Part shown: piece by piece, positions 1 to 7,415 of the stretch
How the letters are laid out: every line of letters starts with the position of its first letter
Position numbering within the stretch: position 1 is the stretch's first letter
Program-made: the position numbers and the translations under genes
Source: a virus
Virus record (IMG/VR): IMGVR_UViG_3300038701_001143
Span: 1-38,909 of that record
DNA: 38,909 nt
Strand: one strand, 5' to 3'
The notes under the pieces: generated by a model
Databases searched by the model: none
What the model saw: the letters and a program-made list of their open reading frames with translations, nothing else
Told to the model about the DNA's origin: nothing

Positions 1-127
1 CAGCGAAAGTTTGACCATAACTTGAGCAAACTTTGAGAATTTCTTTGGAGAAAGTTGGGCAAAACTTCCCCATTTCTTGAGAGAAAATTCAGCGAAACAG
101 TCATTACTCGGCCCCATTTCATGGCCT
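1..127. repeat. Terminal direct repeat, exact copy of 38783..38909 (closure overlap of a circular or circularly permuted genome)
   Basis: Read directly: bases 1-127 (cagcgaaagtttgacc...catttcatggcct) are identical to the last 127 bases. Both copies lie inside the same minus-strand reading frame. Confidence 0.95.
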
Positions 128-240
128 ACAACTTCCAAAATAATCATGTAACAACCATAACCTTCAAGGCCAAGTTCGTCCATTAATTTAGATATTTTCT
201 GATCGTCTCTTGCAGTACAAGAGTGTTTAAACCATTTCAT
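1..240 (-). CDS. Replication organizer/initiator-like protein, N-terminal segment (DUF4373 / Lin1244-Lin1753-type); same gene as 38195..38909 across the junction
   Basis: ATG at 240 with GGAG at 253..250 (9-nt spacer). MKWFKHSCTARDDQKISKLMDELGLEGYGCYMIILEVVGHEMGPSNDCFAEF... runs in frame into the terminal repeat and so into ORF 38195..38899. The MKWFKH...D.K start is typical of DUF4373 phage replisome organizers (memory). Joined length is 828 nt, 275 aa. Confidence 0.6.
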   Translation of the reverse strand, partial: MKWFKHSCTARDDQKISKLMDELGLEGYGCYMIILEVVGHEMGPSNDCFAEFSLKKWGSFAQLSPKKFSKFAQVMVKLSL

Positions 241-282
241 TTGTTTGTGCTCCGATAAGTGTTTTCCATTTCCCCTTAAGCT

Positions 283-304
283 AGGCCCGCCGCTAAACGG
301 GCCT
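283..304 (-). terminator. GC-rich hairpin between the ParB-like gene and the replication gene (no clear U-tract)
   Basis: AGGCCCG-ccgctaaa-CGGGCCT: 7-bp GC stem with 8-nt loop. Only TTT follows on the plus strand and nothing T-rich on the minus strand. Confidence 0.25.
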
Positions 305-354
305 TTAACACTTAATGGAGAATTATATTCTAATTAAGATACTTAGCTGTAAAG

Positions 355-1146
355 TTACGGATTCCATTTAATTTCATAAGCAGCAGGAGAATCGACAGAA
401 CATCTAAAAGACTTTTCACCTCTTGAGAACTTAACAATTGATTTTGTGCTCATTTTGTAAATAAAACATCTGTCCCCTCCATACCTTCTGCCAATGCGTT
501 TTATTTTATTATTTAGAGATGTTGCGGCCCATTCAGATTCATTACGCGGCATCTCCATAGCCTCTATAAAGTTAATCGCCATTTCTCCATCTATCACGCC
601 ATTATTCATACCAACAACAAGAGCTGATCGAATTGGAGCAAGAATTTTTCTAGCACTATTATCATGTAAAAAATCTATTTCTTCTCTGTAATAATCGTGA
701 CAGCTCATAATATTAAATATATCTTGAGAAGTTTGTCGAGATATTAGATAAGCAATGAATCTAGCTACTTCAGTCTTTGCCTTTGTGGTGTCATAACCAA
801 TCATATTAAGCCTTTGAATATTCGTTCGCGCCTGATTTGTGTCCATGTATGTCATTGATTCGGATGGCATATTGAATTTAACAAAACTTTCGATTGTAGC
901 GCCTGATTTTATAACGGCGTTTAGTCTATGCTGTCCATTAATTAAATTATTATTAACATCGAAACATATATCATCATTTGACTCGCCCCATCTTCCATCG
1001 GCCATGATTTTGGCTAAATTCTCAACTCTTATTTTGTTGACTTTTCTTTGTCTGTCATGATTAGATTCCAGCCACGCCATCGCGATTGTTGGCGTAATTG
1101 TCATTCTCTCGGATTGTATTTTTTTTGGTAAAATCCGATCTACCAT
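355..1146 (-). CDS. ParB/sulfiredoxin-like nuclease domain protein (DGQHR-like motif)
   Basis: N-terminal pattern ...NHDRQRKVNKIRVENLAKIMADGRWGESNDDICFDVNNNLINGQHRLNAV matches the ParB-N / DGQHR type found in phage ParB-like nucleases. Confidence 0.55.
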   Translation of the reverse strand: MVDRILPKKIQSERMTITPTIAMAWLESNHDRQRKVNKIRVENLAKIMADGRWGESNDDICFDVNNNLINGQHRLNAVIKSGATIESFVKFNMPSESMTYMDTNQARTNIQRLNMIGYDTTKAKTEVARFIAYLISRQTSQDIFNIMSCHDYYREEIDFLHDNSARKILAPIRSALVVGMNNGVIDGEMAINFIEAMEMPRNESEWAATSLNNKIKRIGRRYGGDRCFIYKMSTKSIVKFSRGEKSFRCSVDSPAAYEIKWNP

Positions 1147-1220
1147 AATTGCTTATTGCATCTTATCATCTCCAAAATGCGTTTGAAACTATTGTTATTT
1201 GTTAATAATTTTATTTAATT

Positions 1221-1415
1221 TTAGCTGTAAAGCTTACTCATCAAGTTTTTATTAGCTTCTTTCAAAGCCTCGTTCTCCGCTTCAAGCTCGATAATGCGGT
1301 AGTCTTTAAAGCATGAGTCATGGACAGGTCTATGACCGCCATTTACAAGCCGATGGCTTACGCTCTCGCCTTCGCGTAGTGGAAGGCCGCACAAAAAGCA
1401 AGTTGAGTTCGTCAT
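1221..1415 (-). CDS. Hypothetical small protein (Cys/His cluster plus C-terminal coiled coil)
   Basis: 64-aa ORF. ATGA overlap with the RusA stop. CFLCG...HRPVHDSCF then LEAENEALKEANKNL. Confidence 0.5.
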   Translation of the reverse strand: MTNSTCFLCGLPLREGESVSHRLVNGGHRPVHDSCFKDYRIIELEAENEALKEANKNLMSKLYS

Positions 1416-1840
1416 AATTTCACTACTGTAATAATCGTATAAGGTTTCTCTGTCCAGACCTTCTCACAAACCAAGCTCACAACTTGCGCGTCATCGTGCC
1501 AGACTGTTTCAGCTTTATTCAAAGCATCCAAATATAGTTTACAAATGTTGTCGATGTCAGGAGTTTTGCAGCATGATGACTGCTCCATTTCTGCCCGTTT
1601 CTTTTTCGACCATGATTCAGGCATTTTAAAGCCAAACTCTGCTTCGACGTGTAATGGCTCGCCTTTCTCTGCTTTCGTCCAATCTGATTGAGATACGGCG
1701 CTTTTAGCTAGCTTTGCGATTATCTTCTCGCGGTCCATTGTTTTCTTTGGCGTGTAAACGATCCCGCGAACGTGGCGGGGGCGTTGTTTGGCTACTGGTT
1801 CGCCTTCGACTGTGAAGGTTAGTTCTTCTCTGAAGCTCAT
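1412..1840 (-). CDS. rusA: RusA-family Holliday junction resolvase
   Basis: FTVEGEPVAKQRPRH...KTPDIDNICKLYLDALNKAETVWHDDAQVV are RusA motifs. I prefer the ATG at 1840 (MSFREEL) because it forms an ATGA overlap with the upstream 46-aa ORF. The ORF track extends to 1885. Confidence 0.85.
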   Translation of the reverse strand: MSFREELTFTVEGEPVAKQRPRHVRGIVYTPKKTMDREKIIAKLAKSAVSQSDWTKAEKGEPLHVEAEFGFKMPESWSKKKRAEMEQSSCCKTPDIDNICKLYLDALNKAETVWHDDAQVVSLVCEKVWTEKPYTIITVVKL

Positions 1841-1977
1841 ATTCCCGCTATCCCTATCAAAGCGCCCAATCCAACAACCGCGCAACCAATCAGCACGGCC
1901 ATTGCAACGCCCACGATTATGCAGCCTTCAAAATTATCGAGGTCTTCAGTTCTCCATTCTTCAGTTTTATTTTTCAT
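1837..1977 (-). CDS. Small membrane protein (46 aa, one TM)
   Basis: Below the track cutoff. MKNKTEEWRTEDLDNFEGCIIVGVAMAVLIGCAVVGLGALIGIAGI. TAATG overlap with the upstream gene and ATGA overlap with rusA. Confidence 0.45.
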   Translation of the reverse strand: MKNKTEEWRTEDLDNFEGCIIVGVAMAVLIGCAVVGLGALIGIAGI

Positions 1978-2168
1978 TATTCAATCCTTCTTTTAAGTGT
2001 TTCAGTTATCAACTTTTCTAATGCTTCGCCATCCATTACGTCTTTGTTATATACATCAATCTCAAGGGCTGATTTGTACCATACACCACTCCCTAGTAAA
2101 GTTTCTAGAATGCCTTCTAACTCCTCAATTCGAGCTTTATAAAATACATTCGCGATTTCACTTTTCAT
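1977..2168 (-). CDS. Hypothetical protein
   Basis: 63-aa ORF in the tightly packed leftward early operon. Confidence 0.5.
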   Translation of the reverse strand: MKSEIANVFYKARIEELEGILETLLGSGVWYKSALEIDVYNKDVMDGEALEKLITETLKRRIE

Positions 2169-2370
2169 TTATCTGGCTTCTAATTAAAGCATGTTGTTCA
2201 TTCTCACATTCTGCGATTGCTATTTTCACAATCTTTCGCCTGAGCTCCTTGTCTTCCCTTGTGAGGTTGTGACCGATAAGGGCTTTTTGTACTTTGTACC
2301 GGCTCGCTAGCTTTCCCCATTTTTCGATGGGGCCTAGCATTGAGGGGCATTCTTGCAAAAGGTTATTCAT
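2158..2370 (-). CDS. Hypothetical protein
   Basis: 70-aa ORF with ATGA overlap to the upstream gene. Confidence 0.5.
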   Translation of the reverse strand: MNNLLQECPSMLGPIEKWGKLASRYKVQKALIGHNLTREDKELRRKIVKIAIAECENEQHALIRSQINEK

Positions 2371-2552
2371 TTACCAGCCCCATGTTTTTTATTGAAAAAG
2401 CGCACCGCTTCAAATGCAGGGCTAGCACCTTCGCCATTCTCGTAAAACTCGCGCTCGCCCATATAGACTGGCTCTACCTTGTTTTGAATGCAGAGAGCCC
2501 AGTAAAAATCGTTGGCTTTGTCCCATTTATCAACGTCTAGTGTTATTTCCAT
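2367..2552 (-). CDS. Hypothetical protein
   Basis: 61-aa acidic ORF, contiguous with its neighbours. Confidence 0.5.
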   Translation of the reverse strand: MEITLDVDKWDKANDFYWALCIQNKVEPVYMGEREFYENGEGASPAFEAVRFFNKKHGAGK

Positions 2553-2554
2553 GA

Positions 2555-2827
2555 TTAAACCTCTTCTAGTTGTAGTTCAATGGCTGCAAGCAGCTCTTGC
2601 TCATTAGTGATCTGGTCAATGATTTCTTTTTTAAGTTTGCCGGTCACATCTGTGTCATTGAAGTAAACCTTCGTTTCGCTCTCTTCAATGCCCCAATAAT
2701 ATGATTCAGTTCCGCCCACATCAAAGCCACCTTCACAAACACACTCTTGGAATGCTTGTATTTCGACTGTGAAGGTCAAGCCTGTGATTTCGTTGTCTTC
2801 TCGTTCAATGTAAAATGTTTCTGTCAT
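2555..2827 (-). CDS. Hypothetical acidic protein, first gene of the leftward early operon
   Basis: 90-aa ORF. GAGAGA lies upstream of the ATG at 2827. Confidence 0.55.
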   Translation of the reverse strand: MTETFYIEREDNEITGLTFTVEIQAFQECVCEGGFDVGGTESYYWGIEESETKVYFNDTDVTGKLKKEIIDQITNEQELLAAIELQLEEV

Positions 2828-2855
2828 TGTCGTCTCTCGGTTAAGGAATAAAAAG

Positions 2856-2882
2856 ATCTTATTCGTGCATTTGAGGTTGCAA
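2856..2882 (-). promoter_or_regulatory. Putative leftward early promoter (-35 TTGCAA, 15-nt spacer, -10 TAAGAT) containing the shared motif ATGCACGAATAAGAT
   Basis: Minus strand reads TTGCAAcctcaaATGCACGAATAAGAT. Same architecture as the rightward promoter. Confidence 0.4.
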
Positions 2883-2937
2883 GGATTGTTTTGAATTATT
2901 TTTAAAGATCTTTTTAAAATTATTTTAAATATATGTC

Positions 2938-2964
2938 TTGACCTATCTTATGCACGGATAAGAT
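2938..2964 (+). promoter_or_regulatory. Putative rightward early promoter (-35 TTGACC, 15-nt spacer, -10 TAAGAT) with palindrome ATCTTAT-gcacgg-ATAAGAT
   Basis: TTGACCtatcttATGCACGGATAAGAT, followed by AGGAG at 2979-2983 and the ATG at 2993. Confidence 0.4.
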
Positions 2965-2992
2965 TGAAAGGAACTTATAGGAGATAACAAAC

Positions 2993-3559
2993 ATGAGTCA
3001 AAAAAACATAGCCGAAGCCTTAGCAAAATCGCAAGGCCAAATGACAAGCGTAAGCAAGTCTAAAACAAACCCGCATTTCAAGTCAAAGTATGCAAGCCTT
3101 GACGATATTATTGAAATGTCTAAACCGATCCTATCAGAGAATGGATTGTCTGTTGTTCAAATGCCCATTATGAAAGATGGCATGTGTGGAGTCAGCACAA
3201 TTTTGTATCATTCAAGTGGTGAGTCTATCGATTGCGGTGAGGTCTTGTTACCTTTGGGCCGTGGTGGTGGAGCACAGGGAGCGGGATCAAGCATCACTTA
3301 TGCACGTCGCTATTCACTGGCTTCGATCCTCTGCATTGCTTGCGATGAAGACGACGACGGAAACCACGCACAAAAGGCGTATTCTGAGGATAAACAATCT
3401 GTACCCCAGAAGGCGACAAAGTTAGAGCTTGATCGATTTCTAACTGGATGCATTAATGAAAATCTAGTTCCACCTGATGACGCAAAGGATATGACTAGAC
3501 AACAATTAGTTGATACTTTTTTAAAGCTTCAGGCTGAAGCCAAAAAGGGGGCTGAATGA
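2993..3559 (+). CDS. erf: ERF-family single-strand annealing protein
   Basis: NPHFKSKYASLDDIIEMSKPILSENGL...HSSGE...GAGSSITYARRYSLASILCIACDEDDDGN is the ERF signature. Strong SD. Confidence 0.85.
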   Translation: MSQKNIAEALAKSQGQMTSVSKSKTNPHFKSKYASLDDIIEMSKPILSENGLSVVQMPIMKDGMCGVSTILYHSSGESIDCGEVLLPLGRGGGAQGAGSSITYARRYSLASILCIACDEDDDGNHAQKAYSEDKQSVPQKATKLELDRFLTGCINENLVPPDDAKDMTRQQLVDTFLKLQAEAKKGAE

Positions 3560-4251
3560 AAGACTTTAAAATCAGATGCAGCGCAATCGGTGAGATTATG
3601 GGGGGGCTGAAAACGGCCCTCCTAACCGACAAGCAAAAGGAAAGACTGGCAGAGCTTAGAGGCAAAGAAAAGCTGACAGAAAAGCAAACTGAAGAATTTG
3701 GAAAGCTTATCTCAAAGCGAGACAGTAAACCAGAGCTGACTAAGGGGGGCGTTTCATATTGCCAAAAATGGCTAAATCAGCAGATTTACGGGCATTATGA
3801 ATTCTGGAGCAAGGAAACTGAGAAGGGCAAACTGGTAGAACTTGACGCTATCAAATATCTAGACCCAAGCTTCGAAAGATACTGGGGCGATATGTTTGAA
3901 GATGATTACTTTACAGGGACTCCAGATGTCATACACGAGGACCGCATCATTGACATAAAAGCGCCATGGACGCACGACACTTTCCCGCGCTTTGATGAAA
4001 CTATACCCGATCTGAACTATATGTATCAAGTTCAAGGATATATGCACTTGACGGGTATAAAAAAGGGGACTGTGGCCTATGTCCTGATGAACACGCCCAA
4101 AGAGCTAGACAGAAAAGCGCTTGATTATGACTTTGTTCCGAGAAAACACAGGATCAAAGAGTTCCATTTTGAATATAATCCAAGCCTGATCGATACAATC
4201 AAAATGCGAGTGGATTTGTGTAGAGAATACATTTCTGGTTTAGATTTGTAA
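3556..4251 (+). CDS. YqaJ/lambda-Exo-like PD-(D/E)XK recombination exonuclease
   Basis: CSAIGEIMGG, ETEKGKLVELDA, GTPDVIHEDRIIDIKAP and YMYQVQGYMHLTG match YqaJ-type motifs. ATGA-coupled to erf. Confidence 0.7.
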   Translation: MKDFKIRCSAIGEIMGGLKTALLTDKQKERLAELRGKEKLTEKQTEEFGKLISKRDSKPELTKGGVSYCQKWLNQQIYGHYEFWSKETEKGKLVELDAIKYLDPSFERYWGDMFEDDYFTGTPDVIHEDRIIDIKAPWTHDTFPRFDETIPDLNYMYQVQGYMHLTGIKKGTVAYVLMNTPKELDRKALDYDFVPRKHRIKEFHFEYNPSLIDTIKMRVDLCREYISGLDL

Positions 4252-4296
4252 CTCGACACAATTTTGTAGAATTGTCGTTTCCAATGAGGGAACGGC

Positions 4297-4524
4297 ATGG
4301 CAAAAAAGTCGCGTGAGCAAATTCAGCTCGAAGAAGATATTAAGTGGCATGAAAAACTTTACGGTGGTGTTCAAAACCGCTTCTATAAAAAGCCAGATAA
4401 GAAAGTAAGAAACTGCTTGAGGTGTCGAAAGCCTTTTAAACTGAAGACAGAAAACAACTACACATGCTCAGTCTGCCAGAAGATCAACCAGAAACAAGGA
4501 CCTAATTCAATCTACCAGATATGA
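4297..4524 (+). CDS. Small Zn-ribbon protein
   Basis: CLRC...(14 aa)...CSVC four-cysteine motif in a basic 75-aa ORF. Confidence 0.5.
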   Translation: MAKKSREQIQLEEDIKWHEKLYGGVQNRFYKKPDKKVRNCLRCRKPFKLKTENNYTCSVCQKINQKQGPNSIYQI

Positions 4525-4703
4525 AACACTATTTTCAAGTAGTCAAAAAAGAGGGGCTTTTCTTTTGGAAATGCTTTTCCACAAACTTAAACGGAACACA
4601 ATTCAGGGGAGAATCAAGACTCTTCTCTGATAAAAAAGTCTGTGAAAAACACATGCGCACTATAATAAAAGCGATACAAGATAATGACTTTGAGATACTA
4701 TGA
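4521..4703 (+). CDS. DUF1508/YegP-like small protein (tentative)
   Basis: YFQVVKKEGLFFWKCFSTNLNGTQFRGESRLFSDKKVCEKHMRTI resembles one YegP repeat. ATGA overlaps on both sides. Confidence 0.4.
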   Translation: MKHYFQVVKKEGLFFWKCFSTNLNGTQFRGESRLFSDKKVCEKHMRTIIKAIQDNDFEIL

Positions 4704-5011
4704 CAAAAAGGGAAACTTATGCATTTACTAGAAAAGTTTATAAATGCCTTAAGAATCCTGATTTTACTTTGCGCCTTCGTACCATGCGTGATTTTCACGG
4801 TCTTTGCTTCATGGGCGACAATCGCATTCAGCTCAACCCGAGAGGAGAGATTTTAAGCACGCTTATTCATGAGTTTGTGCATGAGTTCAATCATAAATGG
4901 TCAGAAACAAAGGTCTTAAAGGCTGAGTCTGCAATAATGAGACAGCTATCTCACCGCCAAATGATTAATTTAATGCGTGCTATGGTTGATGCGCTTGATC
5001 GGTGTCATTAA
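4700..5011 (+). CDS. HExxH protein, SprT-like zinc metallopeptidase fold (tentative)
   Basis: GLCFMGDNRIQLNPRGEILSTLIHEFVHEFNH contains HEFVH in a SprT-like context. Confidence 0.35.
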   Translation: MTKRETYAFTRKVYKCLKNPDFTLRLRTMRDFHGLCFMGDNRIQLNPRGEILSTLIHEFVHEFNHKWSETKVLKAESAIMRQLSHRQMINLMRAMVDALDRCH

Positions 5012-5130
5012 CCTGATCGGGAACATTTTTGTTTAATCATCTAGATTTGATACAAATATGTGCGATCGGGATTATTTACTTATGAGTAAATTAAATTACA
5101 TTAGACGTATAATTTAACTCTATGAGTAAA

Positions 5131-5580
5131 TTATTTCCTTGAGGCGTTGATTCCTGTTATCACGCTTCCGATCTGAAAAGCTATCGGGTGAAGCAAAGAA
5201 TATCCAATCCCTGCTGTCGTTACTTCATAAACCTTTGTAAGTTTCCACTCATAATTAACCAGTCCCCAAAGGAACGAGAACTTTTTTGGCTCGTTTTCTG
5301 GGTTGAAGGTCCAGACGACGACTTCTGGGAATGTAAAACAGATAACGGCGCACGCGCAGTAGGTGAAGACAAGCATCCCGAAAGTGAAACCAAAAAAGGG
5401 CTTATCAGCAACAGTCCGAACATGCTCAAGGGTTTGCCCTGCTTCATTTGCTCTTCGTTTAATTTCAAGTTCTACCTCCAGTTTTTTACGTTCTGCACTT
5501 GCTTGCAGTTGATCAGATACGATTCCAAAGATGGACCCTGCCACGCCTGAACCGGCTAAACCTAGCATCTCTGTCAACAT
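5131..5580 (-). CDS. Putative holin, GTA-type 3-TM (DUF3154-like) membrane protein
   Basis: Gly-rich N-terminus LGLAGSGVAGSIFGIV, charged coil ERKKLEVELEIKRRANEAGQ, then TM segments FFGFTFGMLVFTYCACAVICFTF and GIGYSLLHPIAFQIGSVITGI. It is the last gene of the late operon. Confidence 0.4.
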   Translation of the reverse strand: MLTEMLGLAGSGVAGSIFGIVSDQLQASAERKKLEVELEIKRRANEAGQTLEHVRTVADKPFFGFTFGMLVFTYCACAVICFTFPEVVVWTFNPENEPKKFSFLWGLVNYEWKLTKVYEVTTAGIGYSLLHPIAFQIGSVITGINASRK

Positions 5581-5581
5581 C

Positions 5582-5680
5582 TTAAACGCTCCCGCATAAC
5601 GCAGCGATTATAAGAACGAGCAAGAGAAAAGCTATTGAGAGAGAAATGAAGTTCTCAAACCTTTTTGGGCGTGTTCGCAT
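5582..5680 (-). CDS. Mini single-pass membrane peptide (32 aa)
   Basis: MRTRPKRFENFISLSIAFLLLVLIIAALCGSV. TAATG overlap upstream and stop 1 nt before the putative holin ATG. Similar TM core to the peptide at 7322..7411. Confidence 0.4.
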   Translation of the reverse strand: MRTRPKRFENFISLSIAFLLLVLIIAALCGSV

Positions 5681-5994
5681 TATGGCGTTTCTGGTGGAGG
5701 TGGAAAGTCTTCAATATCTAAAGCTCTGATGTCTTGACCAAATGCAGCCATAAAAGCGTCCCGGTTTTCTTGTGGAACACCTAATTCATCGAGTCTTGAT
5801 TGTGGTATCCTTGAGACAGCCCATTCTCCAGAGGCCATCTCTCTAGGTTTGCTTACCCATCTAACAGTTTTTTGAGCGCTTGGATTTGGTGTTCCTAGTT
5901 TATCGCCGATTATTGGGAACCATTCAGAGCCACTAATAAAATTAATGCAATTGATTGCCTGTTCTTCAGTTTTGAAAATATAATATTCTTTCAT
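5680..5994 (-). CDS. Hypothetical protein (104 aa)
   Basis: I prefer the ATG at 5994 (MKEYYIFKTEEQA...), which avoids overlap with the LamG-like gene. The track start is 6042. Pro-rich C-terminus. Confidence 0.5.
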   Translation of the reverse strand: MKEYYIFKTEEQAINCINFISGSEWFPIIGDKLGTPNPSAQKTVRWVSKPREMASGEWAVSRIPQSRLDELGVPQENRDAFMAAFGQDIRALDIEDFPPPPETP

Positions 5995-5998
5995 AAAA

Positions 5999-6970
5999 TT
6001 AATCAAGAACAGTTGGAGCAGCGTTTTTATATGGGTGGTCACTTGGTAAATTCGCCTGAAGGCCCCACTTCCAAGCTAAGTATCCTTCTATTTTTTGCCT
6101 TATGTCTGTTGTTGGTGTTCCATCAATTAAAACTATCTCGGCAATATTACCATCTAAAAAATCGGCTGAATCTGTGTAGTTTGTACCAATATTTATACCC
6201 TTGGTTAAGTTTCCGTTTGTGCTTGCTGCAACTGTTTCTCTGTCAGCGTCTATTCCAATAACACTACTATTTCCTTCGTAGTGACATTCAAAAACGTGAT
6301 AGTTCGCATCTGTTGAATTAGAATGTGAACCCCATGTTCCGGCCCAAATACTCGGCCTGTCATTGTTTGGACCATCTAAAGCAAATAGATTTCTGTATTG
6401 ATTAAATCCCTCGGCACCATCAAAGACATAATTTCTGCCGCTTAATCCGGTGGCTCTTACTTTGGCAACTGTGAAAATAGTTGTTGGCTGACTTGAGAGA
6501 TTAACGTCTCCGGTTGTCATCCATTCAACCCCGCTAAATCTCAAAACGTTTTTGCTGTTCTGAGTATCAAGTCCAGTGTCTGGTTGTTCGCTTTCTGCGC
6601 CTTGAGTGGCGTGAAAGTCATTTGTGCTTTTATCATCCCACTGGAGTGTATTGCTTCCAACGTTTGTGATAGTTGTGGCGTCGTCTGCATCAAGCCAAAG
6701 TTTAGTGGTTGTCAATGCGGGTGTCCATTCGTTAGGTGGTGCAACATCAACTTTTTGCGTCAGAATAAGACCGCTCAAACCTTCCTGAGTCACAGATTTG
6801 GCCGCTGTGTCCGTTACAGTCACCGACAAAGATGTTTGTGTCACAGAGGAAGAGCTACCGCCTTCAGATACAACAACAGAGTTCTCAGTTAATACTTCGC
6901 TAGCTTTCTTTGGCTCTGCGTCAACTGTGACAGTGTTAGCGGCTAGCGTCTCGCTTGCTGTAATGCTCAT
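5999..6970 (-). CDS. Tail-fibre-like protein with LamG/concanavalin-A-like lectin domain
   Basis: Ser/Thr-rich N-terminus, then LWLDADDATTI...WDDKS...VLRFSG...YHVFE...GNIAEIVLI and the C-terminal IEGYLAWKWGLQANLPSDHPYK motif typical of LamG-type phage fibre proteins. Confidence 0.55.
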   Translation of the reverse strand: MSITASETLAANTVTVDAEPKKASEVLTENSVVVSEGGSSSSVTQTSLSVTVTDTAAKSVTQEGLSGLILTQKVDVAPPNEWTPALTTTKLWLDADDATTITNVGSNTLQWDDKSTNDFHATQGAESEQPDTGLDTQNSKNVLRFSGVEWMTTGDVNLSSQPTTIFTVAKVRATGLSGRNYVFDGAEGFNQYRNLFALDGPNNDRPSIWAGTWGSHSNSTDANYHVFECHYEGNSSVIGIDADRETVAASTNGNLTKGINIGTNYTDSADFLDGNIAEIVLIDGTPTTDIRQKIEGYLAWKWGLQANLPSDHPYKNAAPTVLD

Positions 6971-7320
6971 TACTCAGTCGCTTGAGGTTGGATCGTAAAC
7001 GTTCCCTTCAAAAGAGTTGTTACAACACCGGCCCCGCTTGTCACTTCAAGGTCATAAATATATGTGTCGGCTGTGATTGCGTCAGTTTGTGCAGCACTCA
7101 AAAGCAAATCAAGCACTCCATCTGTGCCGGTCGCGATTGTTATTGTAGAGTCGGCAGTTGTAAGAGCCTGAACAACTGTCCCACCTATTTGTTTTTTAAT
7201 ATCCATCGCGGCAGAATAGCCGGTTATGTCGTAGGCATTGCCGTTTGAATCTTTCCAAGTTACTGGAACGCTGAAGGTGTCGCCCTCGATTACTTTAAAG
7301 TGATATGTTCCAGCAGCCAT
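6970..7320 (-). CDS. Virion structural protein, Ig-like/BppU-N-like beta domain (tentative)
   Basis: GDTFSVPVTWKDSNGNAYDITGYSAAMDIK...LLLSAAQTDAI...YIYDLEV...LLKGTFTIQP pattern. ATGA-type coupling to the next gene. Confidence 0.35.
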   Translation of the reverse strand: MAAGTYHFKVIEGDTFSVPVTWKDSNGNAYDITGYSAAMDIKKQIGGTVVQALTTADSTITIATGTDGVLDLLLSAAQTDAITADTYIYDLEVTSGAGVVTTLLKGTFTIQPQATE

Positions 7321-7321
7321 T

Positions 7322-7411
7322 TTAAACCTGATAATACTTTATTAACAAAGCGATTATAAAGAAGACCGCTAAAAAGGCCATTGAATACAAAATGTGCTCG
7401 TCCTTTATCAT
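7322..7411 (-). CDS. Mini single-pass membrane peptide (29 aa)
   Basis: MIKDEHILYSMAFLAVFFIIALLIKYYQV. Stop is 1 nt before the ATG at 7320. The TM core aligns with the peptide at 5582..5680. Confidence 0.35.
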   Translation of the reverse strand: MIKDEHILYSMAFLAVFFIIALLIKYYQV

Positions 7412-7415
7412 CTCA

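Noticed and set aside
1-127. Terminal repeats as att sites or LTRs of an integrated element, or as physical DTRs
   Set aside because: The repeat lies inside one coding frame that reads through the junction. No integrase is present. The length equals a common assembler k-mer.
5188-5550. Plus-strand 120-aa ORF and the 5220..5468 minus-strand ORF
   Set aside because: They overlap the putative holin gene in other frames. The 5131..5580 frame has coherent TM and coil architecture and is tightly juxtaposed to the upstream mini-ORF (stop 1 nt before its ATG).
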